Source: Haloferax volcanii DS2 (GTDB taxonomy: Archaea > Halobacteriota > Halobacteria > Halobacteriales > Haloferacaceae). Taken from it: a stretch of 32,000 nucleotides of DNA. Positions 7,747 through 14,644 of this stretch are shown in pieces; position 1 is the first letter of the stretch, and each line of letters begins with the position of its first letter. Location of the stretch: positions 60,001 to 92,000 of the forward strand of contig NC_013964.1 in the NCBI RefSeq assembly GCF_000025685.1, written 5' to 3'. Position numbers and translations under genes: made by a program. The notes beneath the pieces were generated by a model that was not told where the DNA came from, made no database searches, and was given only the letters and a program-made list of their open reading frames with translations.

Positions 7747-7997
7747 GCGTCCACCTCCCGGACCGAAATCGCGCCCGGCGGGCAGGCTCGGGTCGCGAGC
7801 GTCGCGTCGTCGTCCGACTCCGCGTCGCCTTCGAGGACGGCGACGACGCGCCCGCCCGTCTGCTCGACGCGCACGACGCCGGCCGCGTCGGGGTCGATTG
7901 TGGCGAGTCCGTCGTCGTCCTCGACGAACCGCCCGTCGCGGGCGAGACAGGCGAAGATGCCGTCGCAGGCGTCTCGGTCGATTTCGATTTCGAACAT
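7743..7997 (-). CDS. Small single-cluster ferredoxin ([3Fe-4S]/[4Fe-4S] type)
   Basis: 84 aa, MFEIEIDRDACDGIFAC...TRACPPGAI. The Cx5C...CP pattern is typical of small single-cluster ferredoxins. There is a 1-nt gap to the upstream cbiH stop and a GTGA overlap with the downstream gene. Confidence 0.75.
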   Translation of the reverse strand: MFEIEIDRDACDGIFACLARDGRFVEDDDGLATIDPDAAGVVRVEQTGGRVVAVLEGDAESDDDATLATRACPPGAISVREVDA

Positions 7998-7998
7998 C

Positions 7999-9033
7999 TC
8001 AGTACTCGTACTTCTGCTCGTAGCCCCGCGGCGTCACCATCCGGTCGTCCCAGACGTACGTCTCCTCGTTGCCGACGAGCAGCGTCGTCGTCATGTCCAC
8101 GAGGTCGGTCTCACCGAGGTCGGGCAGGTCACCGAGGTCGACGATTTCGACTTCCTCGTCGTCGCGGCCCGCGCCGTGGACGATGCCGACCGGCGTGTCT
8201 GGCGCGCGGTGTTCGAGGAGAATCTCGCAGCACTTCTCGTAGTTCGACCGGCGCTTGCGGCTCCACGGGTTGTAGATGGCGATGGTGAAGCCCTCCTTGG
8301 CGGCCGCGTGGAGGCGCGACTCGATGGTCGGCATCGAGGTCAAGTGGTCCGAGAGGCTGATGGTCACGGTGTCGTTGACGAGCGGCGCGCCCAGTCGGGC
8401 CGCGCAGGACTGCGCCGCCGGGACGCCGGCGACCACGTCGAAGTCGACCATGCTCGCGGTCGCGCCCTTCGATTCGAGGATTTCGAGCGCGAGGCCGGCC
8501 AGCGCGTAGACGTTGGGGTCGCCGCTGCCGACGATGGCCACGTCGTTGCCGGCGAGCGCCCGGTCGACCGCCTCCTCGGTCCGGGAGACCTCGCCGCACA
8601 TCGGCGTCGAGTAGATGTCCTCTGCGCCCTCGACGACGTCGTCGGGGAGGAGTTCGATGTAGGTCGTGTAGCCGACGATGTGGTCGGCCTCGCGGAGCGT
8701 GTCTTTCGCCAGCGTCGTCATCTCGCTCGCGCGGCCGGGACCGAGGCCGACGGCGACCAACTGCCCCGGCTCGCCGTCGAAGTCCTCGATGGTCGCTTCG
8801 ACCTTCTCTGCGGTCTGTTCCTTCTTCGACCCGCCCGAACTGCCGCCGCACTTCGACGCCGAGTCGTCGTCCGTCGTCGAGGACGACGCGCCGCAGTTCG
8901 AGGTCGTGTCCGTCTCGGTCTCCGTCTTCGTCCCGCCGCAGTTCGATTCTGAGTTGGTCGTGTCGGTCGATTCAGTCGATTCGGTCGTCGCACCGCCGCA
9001 GTTCGATTCGGTTGTCGTGTCTGAGTCGCTCAT
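7999..9033 (-). CDS. cbiH: CbiH-family cobalt-factor III / precorrin-3B C17-methyltransferase paralog with an N-terminal Cys-repeat extension of about 90 aa
   Basis: 344 aa. The TP_methylase core includes VAVGLGPG, GSGDPNVYA, GVPAAQSCAARLGAPL and the CbiH-type TISLSD. The N-terminus, MSDSDTTTESNCGG...SNCGG...SNCGA...SKCGG, is not part of the canonical fold. Confidence 0.85.
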   Translation of the reverse strand: MSDSDTTTESNCGGATTESTESTDTTNSESNCGGTKTETETDTTSNCGASSSTTDDDSASKCGGSSGGSKKEQTAEKVEATIEDFDGEPGQLVAVGLGPGRASEMTTLAKDTLREADHIVGYTTYIELLPDDVVEGAEDIYSTPMCGEVSRTEEAVDRALAGNDVAIVGSGDPNVYALAGLALEILESKGATASMVDFDVVAGVPAAQSCAARLGAPLVNDTVTISLSDHLTSMPTIESRLHAAAKEGFTIAIYNPWSRKRRSNYEKCCEILLEHRAPDTPVGIVHGAGRDDEEVEIVDLGDLPDLGETDLVDMTTTLLVGNEETYVWDDRMVTPRGYEQKYEY

Positions 9034-9036
9034 GGG

Positions 9037-9921
9037 TTAGAAGTCGTCGACGTCGCGCCCGCCGCGGGGCGTGACGAGGTACGTTTGGTAGTCGTTGCTC
9101 CAGGGTTCGGTCTCGTGGGTGCCGATGAGAATCGAGGTTCCCATCCCGCCCACGTCGTCGTCGTGGGCCTTCGCGTCGCCGAGGGTCGTCACCGAGAACG
9201 TCTCGTCGTCCAGATTCCGGCCGGCCTCGCCGCGGCCGGCGTCGTTGAAGATGCCGACCGGCACGTCGTCGGCCCGCTCCTCGCGGACCACGTCGATGGC
9301 GCGTTCGTAGTTGCGCCAGCAGTTGTACAGGACGATGACGAAGCCGCTGATGGCGGCCGCGCGCAGTTTCTCCTCGATTTCGTCCCAGCCGCGCCACTTG
9401 TCGGACAGCGAGACCGTACAGAAGTCGTTCGACAGCGGCGCGCCCATCATGGCCGCGCCGCCGAGCGCCGCGGTGACGCCGGGGACGATTTCGATTGGCA
9501 CGTCGGTCGCCTCGTCGCCCTTCGCCATCGTGAACACGAGGTCGGACTTCCCGTAGACGTTCGGGTCGCCGCCGGAGACGTGGACCACGTCCTCGCCGTC
9601 GCGGACGCGCTCGAACGCCTCGCGGGTCAGTTCGACCTGCTTTCCCATCGACGAGCGGACGACCTCCGGCCCGTCGTCGCTCCCCTCGGGCGGGAGGGTT
9701 CCGTCGTCGCGGAGGAACTCCTGATAGAGGTTCGAGGCGACCACGCAGTCCGAGGTGGAAATGAGTTCCTTCGCCCGCTTCGTCATGTGGTCCGGGAGAC
9801 CGGGCCCGATGCCGACGACGTAGAGGGTCCCGTAGTCGTCGGGGACCTCGTCGCGGTCGTCGGCCGCCGGTTCGGTCGCTGACTCGGTCGCCGGTTCGGT
9901 CGGCTCGCGACCGTCGTTCAT
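9037..9921 (-). CDS. cbiH: CbiH-family cobalt-factor III / precorrin-3B C17-methyltransferase paralog
   Basis: The track ORF 9037..10611 has a long Arg-rich spurious leader. The real start is ATG 9921 (MNDGREPTEP...), which forms an ATGA overlap with the cbiG stop (9918-9921). Motifs: YVVGIGPG, VSGGDPNVYG, GVTAALGGAAMMGAPL, TVSLSD. The product is 294 aa. Confidence 0.85.
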   Translation of the reverse strand: MNDGREPTEPATESATEPAADDRDEVPDDYGTLYVVGIGPGLPDHMTKRAKELISTSDCVVASNLYQEFLRDDGTLPPEGSDDGPEVVRSSMGKQVELTREAFERVRDGEDVVHVSGGDPNVYGKSDLVFTMAKGDEATDVPIEIVPGVTAALGGAAMMGAPLSNDFCTVSLSDKWRGWDEIEEKLRAAAISGFVIVLYNCWRNYERAIDVVREERADDVPVGIFNDAGRGEAGRNLDDETFSVTTLGDAKAHDDDVGGMGTSILIGTHETEPWSNDYQTYLVTPRGGRDVDDF

Positions 9922-10898
9922 CGTCCCACCGCCACGGTCACGGCGTCGTCGTAGCGCCGCTTTTCGACGACCAGTTCGTGGTCGCGGCCGCCGGCGATGG
10001 CGCTCGCCTCGGCGATGCCGGGCCAGCCGATGAGTTCCTTCGACCGCGAGGGGGTCGGCCCTTCGAACTCGGTCAGCGTCTCCTTTTCGAAGTAGACGAC
10101 GCCCGCGCCGATTTCCTCGGCCGCGTCGAGCATCCCCGGTTCGTCCGCCTTTCGCGTGCCGGTCGCGACGAAGTCGACGTCGTCCCAGTCGCAGTCGGCG
10201 TCGTCGAGCGCTTGCTCCCACGCCGTCAGGAACTGCGCTTTCTTCGCGCCGGAGACGCTCCCGGTCCCGAGGACGACGCCGTCGCCGCCGTTGCGCTTCA
10301 GGACTGTCACGTCGTCGCCGACGAGGACCGCCTTCGGGCCGTCGAGTCGGGCGACGGGACCGAGTTCGTCGTTGAGGACGGCGAGGTTCGTCGCCACGGT
10401 CGAATCGCCGTTGACGACGTGGGAGTCGAGCGCCTTCGCCTTGCTCTCGACGCCCTGTTTGCCCGCGGCCTCCGAGGCGGTCGTCATCGCCGGGACGGCC
10501 CCGAGTTTCGAGAGGTCGTGGGCGACTTGGTTCGCGCCGTGGTGGCCGCCGGTGAGCGGAATCGCCCACGTCAGTTCCTCGTCGACGACGACGACCGCCG
10601 GGTCCTCCCACTTGTCGTCGAGGAGGCCCGCGGTCTTCCGCATGGCGATGCCGCTGGCCATGAGGCCGACGAAGCAGTCGTACTCGCCCCAGTGGTCGGC
10701 GAACACGTCGCCGTGGTAGGTGAGGACGTCTATCCGGTCGTAGTCGTCCGCGAGGTCGCGCTTGATTTCTTCCGCCGTGTCGAGCTTTCGTTCGAAGCTG
10801 ACGATGGCGATTTCGTCGGCAACCTCGCCGTCGCTGTCTGGCGTTTGACAGTGGCCGCTTCCGGAGTCGGTGTCCGAGTTGGTGTCTGTGTCACTCAT
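9918..10898 (-). CDS. cbiG: Cobalt-precorrin-5A hydrolase CbiG
   Basis: 326 aa with CbiG-like N and C modules (GLMASGIAMRKTAGLL..., IPLTGGHHGAN, GWPGIAEASAIAG). The ATG at 10898 overlaps the cbiF stop by 8 nt (10891-10898). Confidence 0.85.
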   Translation of the reverse strand: MSDTDTNSDTDSGSGHCQTPDSDGEVADEIAIVSFERKLDTAEEIKRDLADDYDRIDVLTYHGDVFADHWGEYDCFVGLMASGIAMRKTAGLLDDKWEDPAVVVVDEELTWAIPLTGGHHGANQVAHDLSKLGAVPAMTTASEAAGKQGVESKAKALDSHVVNGDSTVATNLAVLNDELGPVARLDGPKAVLVGDDVTVLKRNGGDGVVLGTGSVSGAKKAQFLTAWEQALDDADCDWDDVDFVATGTRKADEPGMLDAAEEIGAGVVYFEKETLTEFEGPTPSRSKELIGWPGIAEASAIAGGRDHELVVEKRRYDDAVTVAVGR

Positions 10899-11730
10899 TG
10901 TCTGGCTCCTGTGTTTCGGTGTCGGGTTCGTCGTTCGGTGCGTCGCCGCCGCGGGCCCAGTCGCCGTAGAGGAACGACCGCTCGTACGCCGAGCCGTTCA
11001 CCGCCTCGCCGATGATGACGAGCGCCGAGGCGCGGTAGCCCGCGTCTTCGACCCGCTCGCCGATGGTCTCGATGGTGCCCTCGATGACGTCTTCGTCCGG
11101 CCACGAGGCGTGGTAGACGACCGCAACGGGCGTGTCGGGGTCGTGGCCCTCGTCCAGCAGGCGGTCCATCGTCTCCGAGACGGCGTGGGTGCCGAGGTAG
11201 ATACAGACCGTGGTGTCACCGAAGCCGACGAAGTCGCTGATGTGGTCCTCCTCGGCCGAGAGCGTCCGGCCCCGCGGCCGGGTGAAGACGACGTGATTCG
11301 AGACCTCGTTGAGCGTCAACTGGGTGCGGAGCGTCGCGCTCGCGGCGAACGCCGAGGTGACGCCGGGAACGAGGTAGCTCGGCACGCCAGCCTCGGCCAG
11401 CGCGTCCATCTGCTCCAAGGCGGCCCCGTAAATCGCCGGGTCGCCGCTGTGGAGTCTGACGACGGTCCGACCCGACTCGTAGGCGTCGGCCATCAGCGGA
11501 ATCAGCTCTTCGAGGTCCTTGCCGACGCTGTTGACCCGCTCGGCGTCGGCGCAGAACTCGTCCAACAGTTCGCTGTTGACGAGCGACCCCGCGTGCACCA
11601 CGAGGTCGGCGTCCTCGACGAGTTTCCGCCCGGCGACGGTGAGCAAGTCCGGGTCGCCCGGTCCCGCGCCGACGAAGGGGATTCCCTCCTCGTCGGTGAA
11701 GCCGGTGTCCGCCTCGCCGTCCGCGCTCAC
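10891..11730 (-). CDS. cbiF: Cobalt-precorrin-4 C11-methyltransferase CbiF
   Basis: The track ORF 10891..12234 has a spurious leader. I place the start at GTG 11730 (VSADGEADTGF...), which makes a GTGA overlap with the cbiL stop (11727-11730), matching the coupling pattern elsewhere in the operon. Motifs: FVGAGPGDPDLLTV, RLHSGDPAIYGA, VPGVTSAFAA. The product is 279 aa. Confidence 0.85.
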   Translation of the reverse strand: MSADGEADTGFTDEEGIPFVGAGPGDPDLLTVAGRKLVEDADLVVHAGSLVNSELLDEFCADAERVNSVGKDLEELIPLMADAYESGRTVVRLHSGDPAIYGAALEQMDALAEAGVPSYLVPGVTSAFAASATLRTQLTLNEVSNHVVFTRPRGRTLSAEEDHISDFVGFGDTTVCIYLGTHAVSETMDRLLDEGHDPDTPVAVVYHASWPDEDVIEGTIETIGERVEDAGYRASALVIIGEAVNGSAYERSFLYGDWARGGDAPNDEPDTETQEPDNE

Positions 11731-12434
11731 GCCGACCCCCCCGATTCGACGCCGTCGAACTCGGCGGTCGCCACGTCGCGCTCGACGCCCTCGCGCTCGG
11801 CGTAGGCCAGCGTGTAGTAGTCGCGCTCCGCGAGTTCGTCGGGGTCGTCGGTGACGACCGTCTCGCCCTGCTCCATGAACAGGCGGCGGCCGAAGCGAAC
11901 GTCGTAGCCCGCTTCGGTCAGCTTCTCGTGGGTCGCCGGCGCGTCGGTGACCTTGAACAGCACCATGCGGTCCGGGCCGGTCGGCGCGGCACCGTTGGCG
12001 GCCTCGCGGAGCGCCAGCCCGGTTCCGGATTCGATTTCGACGCCGAGCGCGGTCGTGAAGGCCGTCATCGCGCTCACGCCGGGGACGACTTCGAGGTCGA
12101 CCTCGGGGTGGAACGCGTCGAGGGTGCGGCGGAGGTGGCCGAACGTCGAGTAGACGTTGGGGTCGCCGAGGGTCACGAACGCCACGTCCTCGGAGTCGGC
12201 GCGGGCGGCCACCTCGGCGGCGGCCTCCTTCCACGCGCGGCGGAGTTCGTCGGGGTCGCGCGTCATCGGGAAGTCGAGGTCGCCGATGCGCTCCTCGGGG
12301 ACGTGGTTCAGCGCGACCGTCCGCGAGAGGCGGCCGGGCGAGTAAACCACCGCCGCCGATTCGAGCAGGCGTTTCCCCTTGACCGTCACGAGGTCGGCCT
12401 CGCCCGGGCCGAGACCGATGCCGTAGACGGTCAT
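11727..12434 (-). CDS. cbiL: Cobalt-factor II (precorrin-2) C20-methyltransferase CbiL
   Basis: The real start is ATG 12434 (MTVYGIGLGPGEADLVTVKG...), which forms an ATGA overlap with the cbiT stop. Motifs: TLGDPNVYSTF, VPGVSAMTA. The product is 235 aa. The longer track ORF (to 13043) crosses cbiT in another frame. Confidence 0.85.
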   Translation of the reverse strand: MTVYGIGLGPGEADLVTVKGKRLLESAAVVYSPGRLSRTVALNHVPEERIGDLDFPMTRDPDELRRAWKEAAAEVAARADSEDVAFVTLGDPNVYSTFGHLRRTLDAFHPEVDLEVVPGVSAMTAFTTALGVEIESGTGLALREAANGAAPTGPDRMVLFKVTDAPATHEKLTEAGYDVRFGRRLFMEQGETVVTDDPDELAERDYYTLAYAEREGVERDVATAEFDGVESGGSA

Positions 12435-12985
12435 AGCCCCTCCGCGTCGCGTCGGCCGACGACGACGTACACCGGGTTGTTCGACCGGAAACTCGTCGCG
12501 CCGGCGAGTTCGTAGCCGTGGCTCACCTGCAGCTGGACGACCGCCGAGAGCAGGCCGCGCTCGCGGAACGCCTCGATGGCGTCGCCGGCGGGTTCGACCC
12601 GCGAGACGTTCATGACGATTCGGTCGACGCCGGTCTCGACGGCGTGGTCCAACACGGCTTCGAAGTTCCGACTGCCGCCGACGAACATCGCGTCGGCGTC
12701 GGTCGGGAGGCCGTCGGGAGCCTCCGCCTCGCGGAGCGTCACGTCGGCGTCGTAGTCGTTCGCCGCGAGGTTCTTCCGCGTCACGTCCAGTCGGTCCGGC
12801 TTGCGCTCGACGGCGGTCACGCGCTCGACCCGCCGGGCCGCCTCGATGGTGACCGAGCCGGTACAGGAGCCGACGTCGACGAAGTGGTCCGTCGGCCGCA
12901 AGCCGAGTTTGTCGAGCGTGACCGCTCTCACCTCCGGTTTCGTGGGTCCCGCCTTGGCGTCGTGCGGGAGCGTTACCTGTGACAT
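12431..12985 (-). CDS. cbiT: Cobalt-precorrin-6B C15-methyltransferase (decarboxylating) CbiT
   Basis: The track ORF 12431..13093 includes AT-rich promoter sequence. I prefer ATG 12985 (MSQVTLPHDAKAGPTKPEVRAVTL...). The class I SAM-methyltransferase motif VDVGSCTGSVTIE is present. The product is 184 aa. This is the first gene of the operon. Confidence 0.85.
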   Translation of the reverse strand: MSQVTLPHDAKAGPTKPEVRAVTLDKLGLRPTDHFVDVGSCTGSVTIEAARRVERVTAVERKPDRLDVTRKNLAANDYDADVTLREAEAPDGLPTDADAMFVGGSRNFEAVLDHAVETGVDRIVMNVSRVEPAGDAIEAFRERGLLSAVVQLQVSHGYELAGATSFRSNNPVYVVVGRRDAEGL

Positions 12986-13154
12986 TCGACTCGACAATCC
13001 CGGCGCGGTTTGAAAACAATTGTGCTTGTTGTACCACAAACAAGGTTTCATAAAATCCGCCCCGGAGTTATTAAATCGAGGTTGCTGAAACACAATCTCG
13101 CTTGTTCTCGAAAGTTTTACAACTGTGCTTGGTTTTCATCAATCCGAGTTTACC
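12986..13154. promoter_or_regulatory. Divergent cbiT / cbtB promoter region
   Basis: A 169-bp AT-rich spacer. For cbtB, a BRE/TATA-like ctcgaaagttttac sits at 13107-13120, about 35 nt upstream of the ATG. For cbiT, a TATA-like ttttcaaa (complement of 13011-13018) sits about 26 nt upstream of the ATG. Confidence 0.55.
13016..13133 (+). repeat. Three same-orientation copies of a 15-nt element, ACAAT-N3-GCTTGTT-like
   Basis: The copies are 13016-13030 acaattgtgcttgtt, 13092-13106 acaatctcgcttgtt and 13119-13133 acaactgtgcttggt. Identities to copy 1 are 12/15 and 13/15. Copy 1 begins with the perfect palindrome ACAATTGT. Confidence 0.7.
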
Positions 13155-13340
13155 ATGGCTACGGCGAACACCGTCAACGGTCGCATCGAACGCGCACGAA
13201 CGGAACTGACCCCCGCGCAGATGGCTGCCGGTTCCCTCTTTATCGTCGCGCTGGGCTTTACGCTCCTGTTCGTGCAGGACCCGCTCGTCCACGACTCGCT
13301 GCACAACTTCCGCCACGCGGCCGGCATCGCCTGCCACTGA
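13155..13340 (+). CDS. cbtB: Cobalt transporter small subunit CbtB
   Basis: 61 aa from ATG 13155 (MATANTVNGRIER...). It has one hydrophobic helix (GSLFIVALGFTLLFV) and a C-terminal HDSLHNFRHAAGIACH, matching the CbtB His/Cys tail. The stop lies 2 nt before the cbtA ATG. Confidence 0.8.
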   Translation: MATANTVNGRIERARTELTPAQMAAGSLFIVALGFTLLFVQDPLVHDSLHNFRHAAGIACH

Positions 13341-13342
13341 CG

Positions 13343-14179
13343 ATGTTCGGGGAGTACCTGACGCGGGGAGTGAAGGCGGGGGTCGTCGCCGGACTGGTGT
13401 TCGGACTGTTCATGGCCGTCGTCGCCAACCCGCTCGTCGGCTACGCGGACGACCTGAACCACGCGACAGTCGAGGAGAGCGGACATACTCACGAGGCCGA
13501 AAGCGCCCACAGTCACGAGGCCGAGGGGGCTCACAGCCACGAGTCCGGTGACTCCCACGCCGGCGAGAGCGGCGGCCATCACGACACCGCGGTGTCGATG
13601 GCGGTCACGAAAGCCGTGAGCGTCGCGGCCGGCGGCCTGTGGGGCGTCGTGCTCGGCGGCGCGTTCTTCGGGGTCGCCTTTTTCTTCCTCGAACCGGCGA
13701 TTCCCGGACCCGACGCCGCGAAGAGCTATCTGATGGGATTCGCGGGGTTCGTCACCGTTTCGGGCGCGCCGTGGTTGGTGCTCCCGCCGGTCGCGCCGGG
13801 GGCGGAACAGTCGCTCTCGACGGCGACGCGGCTCCCGCTCTACGCCGGGATGATGCTCGCCGGGGCGCTCGCCTGCCTCTCGGCCGGCTACGTCTACACC
13901 CGCCTGCGCGAGTCGCGGGGCCTCGGTGCGGCTCTCGTCGGCGCGGCCGTCCCGTTCGGCCTGCTCGCGGTGCTGGCCGTCGTCGCCCCCGAAAACGCGG
14001 TTCGCGGGGCGCTGTCGCCGGCGCTCGAAACCGGACTCACCGGCCTGTTCGCGTTCGGACAGGTCCTCCTGTGGCTGGTCCTCGCGGCGGCGCACGCGCG
14101 GTTCCGGCCGTCGAGTGAGTCCGAGTCCGAACCGGGGATTCCGACCGCCGGCCGGGACTCGGCTCCCGCGGCCGACTGA
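13343..14179 (+). CDS. cbtA: Cobalt transporter subunit CbtA with a His-rich loop
   Basis: 278 aa from ATG 13343 (MFGEYLTRGVKAGVVAGLVFGLF...). Several hydrophobic helices are present, plus the loop HTHEAESAHSHEAEGAHSHESGDSHAGESGGHH. The track ORF 13010..14179 starts far too early, inside the promoter and cbtB. Confidence 0.8.
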   Translation: MFGEYLTRGVKAGVVAGLVFGLFMAVVANPLVGYADDLNHATVEESGHTHEAESAHSHEAEGAHSHESGDSHAGESGGHHDTAVSMAVTKAVSVAAGGLWGVVLGGAFFGVAFFFLEPAIPGPDAAKSYLMGFAGFVTVSGAPWLVLPPVAPGAEQSLSTATRLPLYAGMMLAGALACLSAGYVYTRLRESRGLGAALVGAAVPFGLLAVLAVVAPENAVRGALSPALETGLTGLFAFGQVLLWLVLAAAHARFRPSSESESEPGIPTAGRDSAPAAD

Positions 14180-14520
14180 TGCGCGACCGAACCGACGAGG
14201 TCCGCGAGCACGGCTTTACGGACCACGTGTTGGTCTGTACGAACGGCCGCGAGTCCGAGTACGCCGACTGCGCCGAGGCCGACGGCCCGGCGGTGTACGA
14301 CGCGGTGACCTCGTGGTTGCGCGACCGTGGCGTCTTCTGGTCGCGGGTCCACGTTGCAGAAACGAGCTGTCTCGGCCTCTGTAGTGCGGACGGGGCCGCG
14401 GTCGCCATCCACCCCCGAAACCGGTGGTACTCGGACGTTCGCCCGGACGACGTGCCGGCGCTGTTGGCCGAGGTGTTCGGTCCCGACGCGTCGAACCTCG
14501 GCGTTCGACCCCGCGACTGA
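14179..14520 (+). CDS. Thioredoxin-like [2Fe-2S] ferredoxin, a paralog of the CbiX C-terminal domain
   Basis: 113 aa with a TGATG overlap onto the cbtA stop. The Cys pattern is C20-x10-C31-x32-C64-x3-C68 (HVLVCTN...SCLGLCS). It aligns by eye with CbiX residues 316-400 (HVAVCTN...SCLGQCG...YPDSVWYGGVTPDD versus HPRNRWYSDVRPDD). Confidence 0.8.
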   Translation: MRDRTDEVREHGFTDHVLVCTNGRESEYADCAEADGPAVYDAVTSWLRDRGVFWSRVHVAETSCLGLCSADGAAVAIHPRNRWYSDVRPDDVPALLAEVFGPDASNLGVRPRD

Positions 14521-14610
14521 CCGTCTCGGGGACGACCGTCGGTGTCTGCGCCGCGCCGTTCTCACCGCCTCTTGTCGTTCCCTCCCCGACGCGGGCGGGG
14601 TTGAACGCAG

Positions 14611-14622
14611 AACAATAATATC
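14611..14622 (+). promoter_or_regulatory. TATA-like box of the Lrp/AsnC gene (leaderless mRNA likely)
   Basis: The box aacaataatatc lies 24-34 nt upstream of ATG 14645. Confidence 0.4.
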
Positions 14623-14644
14623 GGTGCACACCTGATTACGGTCC

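Noticed and set aside
8764-9033. Periodic DNA repeats (gccgcaNttcga cores at 45-60 nt spacing) that could be mistaken for a CRISPR-like or satellite array.
   Set aside because: The repeats are short and in frame, and lie inside a coding N-terminal extension of cbiH. They encode the SNCGG peptide repeats. There are no spacer-like unique segments or cas genes.
12986-13154. A possible cobalamin riboswitch upstream of cbtB/cbtA, as is usual in bacteria.
   Set aside because: The distance from the TATA-like box to the cbtB ATG leaves a leader of only about 10-40 nt. I see no B12-box-like conserved core or multi-stem architecture. The AT-rich repeats look like DNA-level sites instead.
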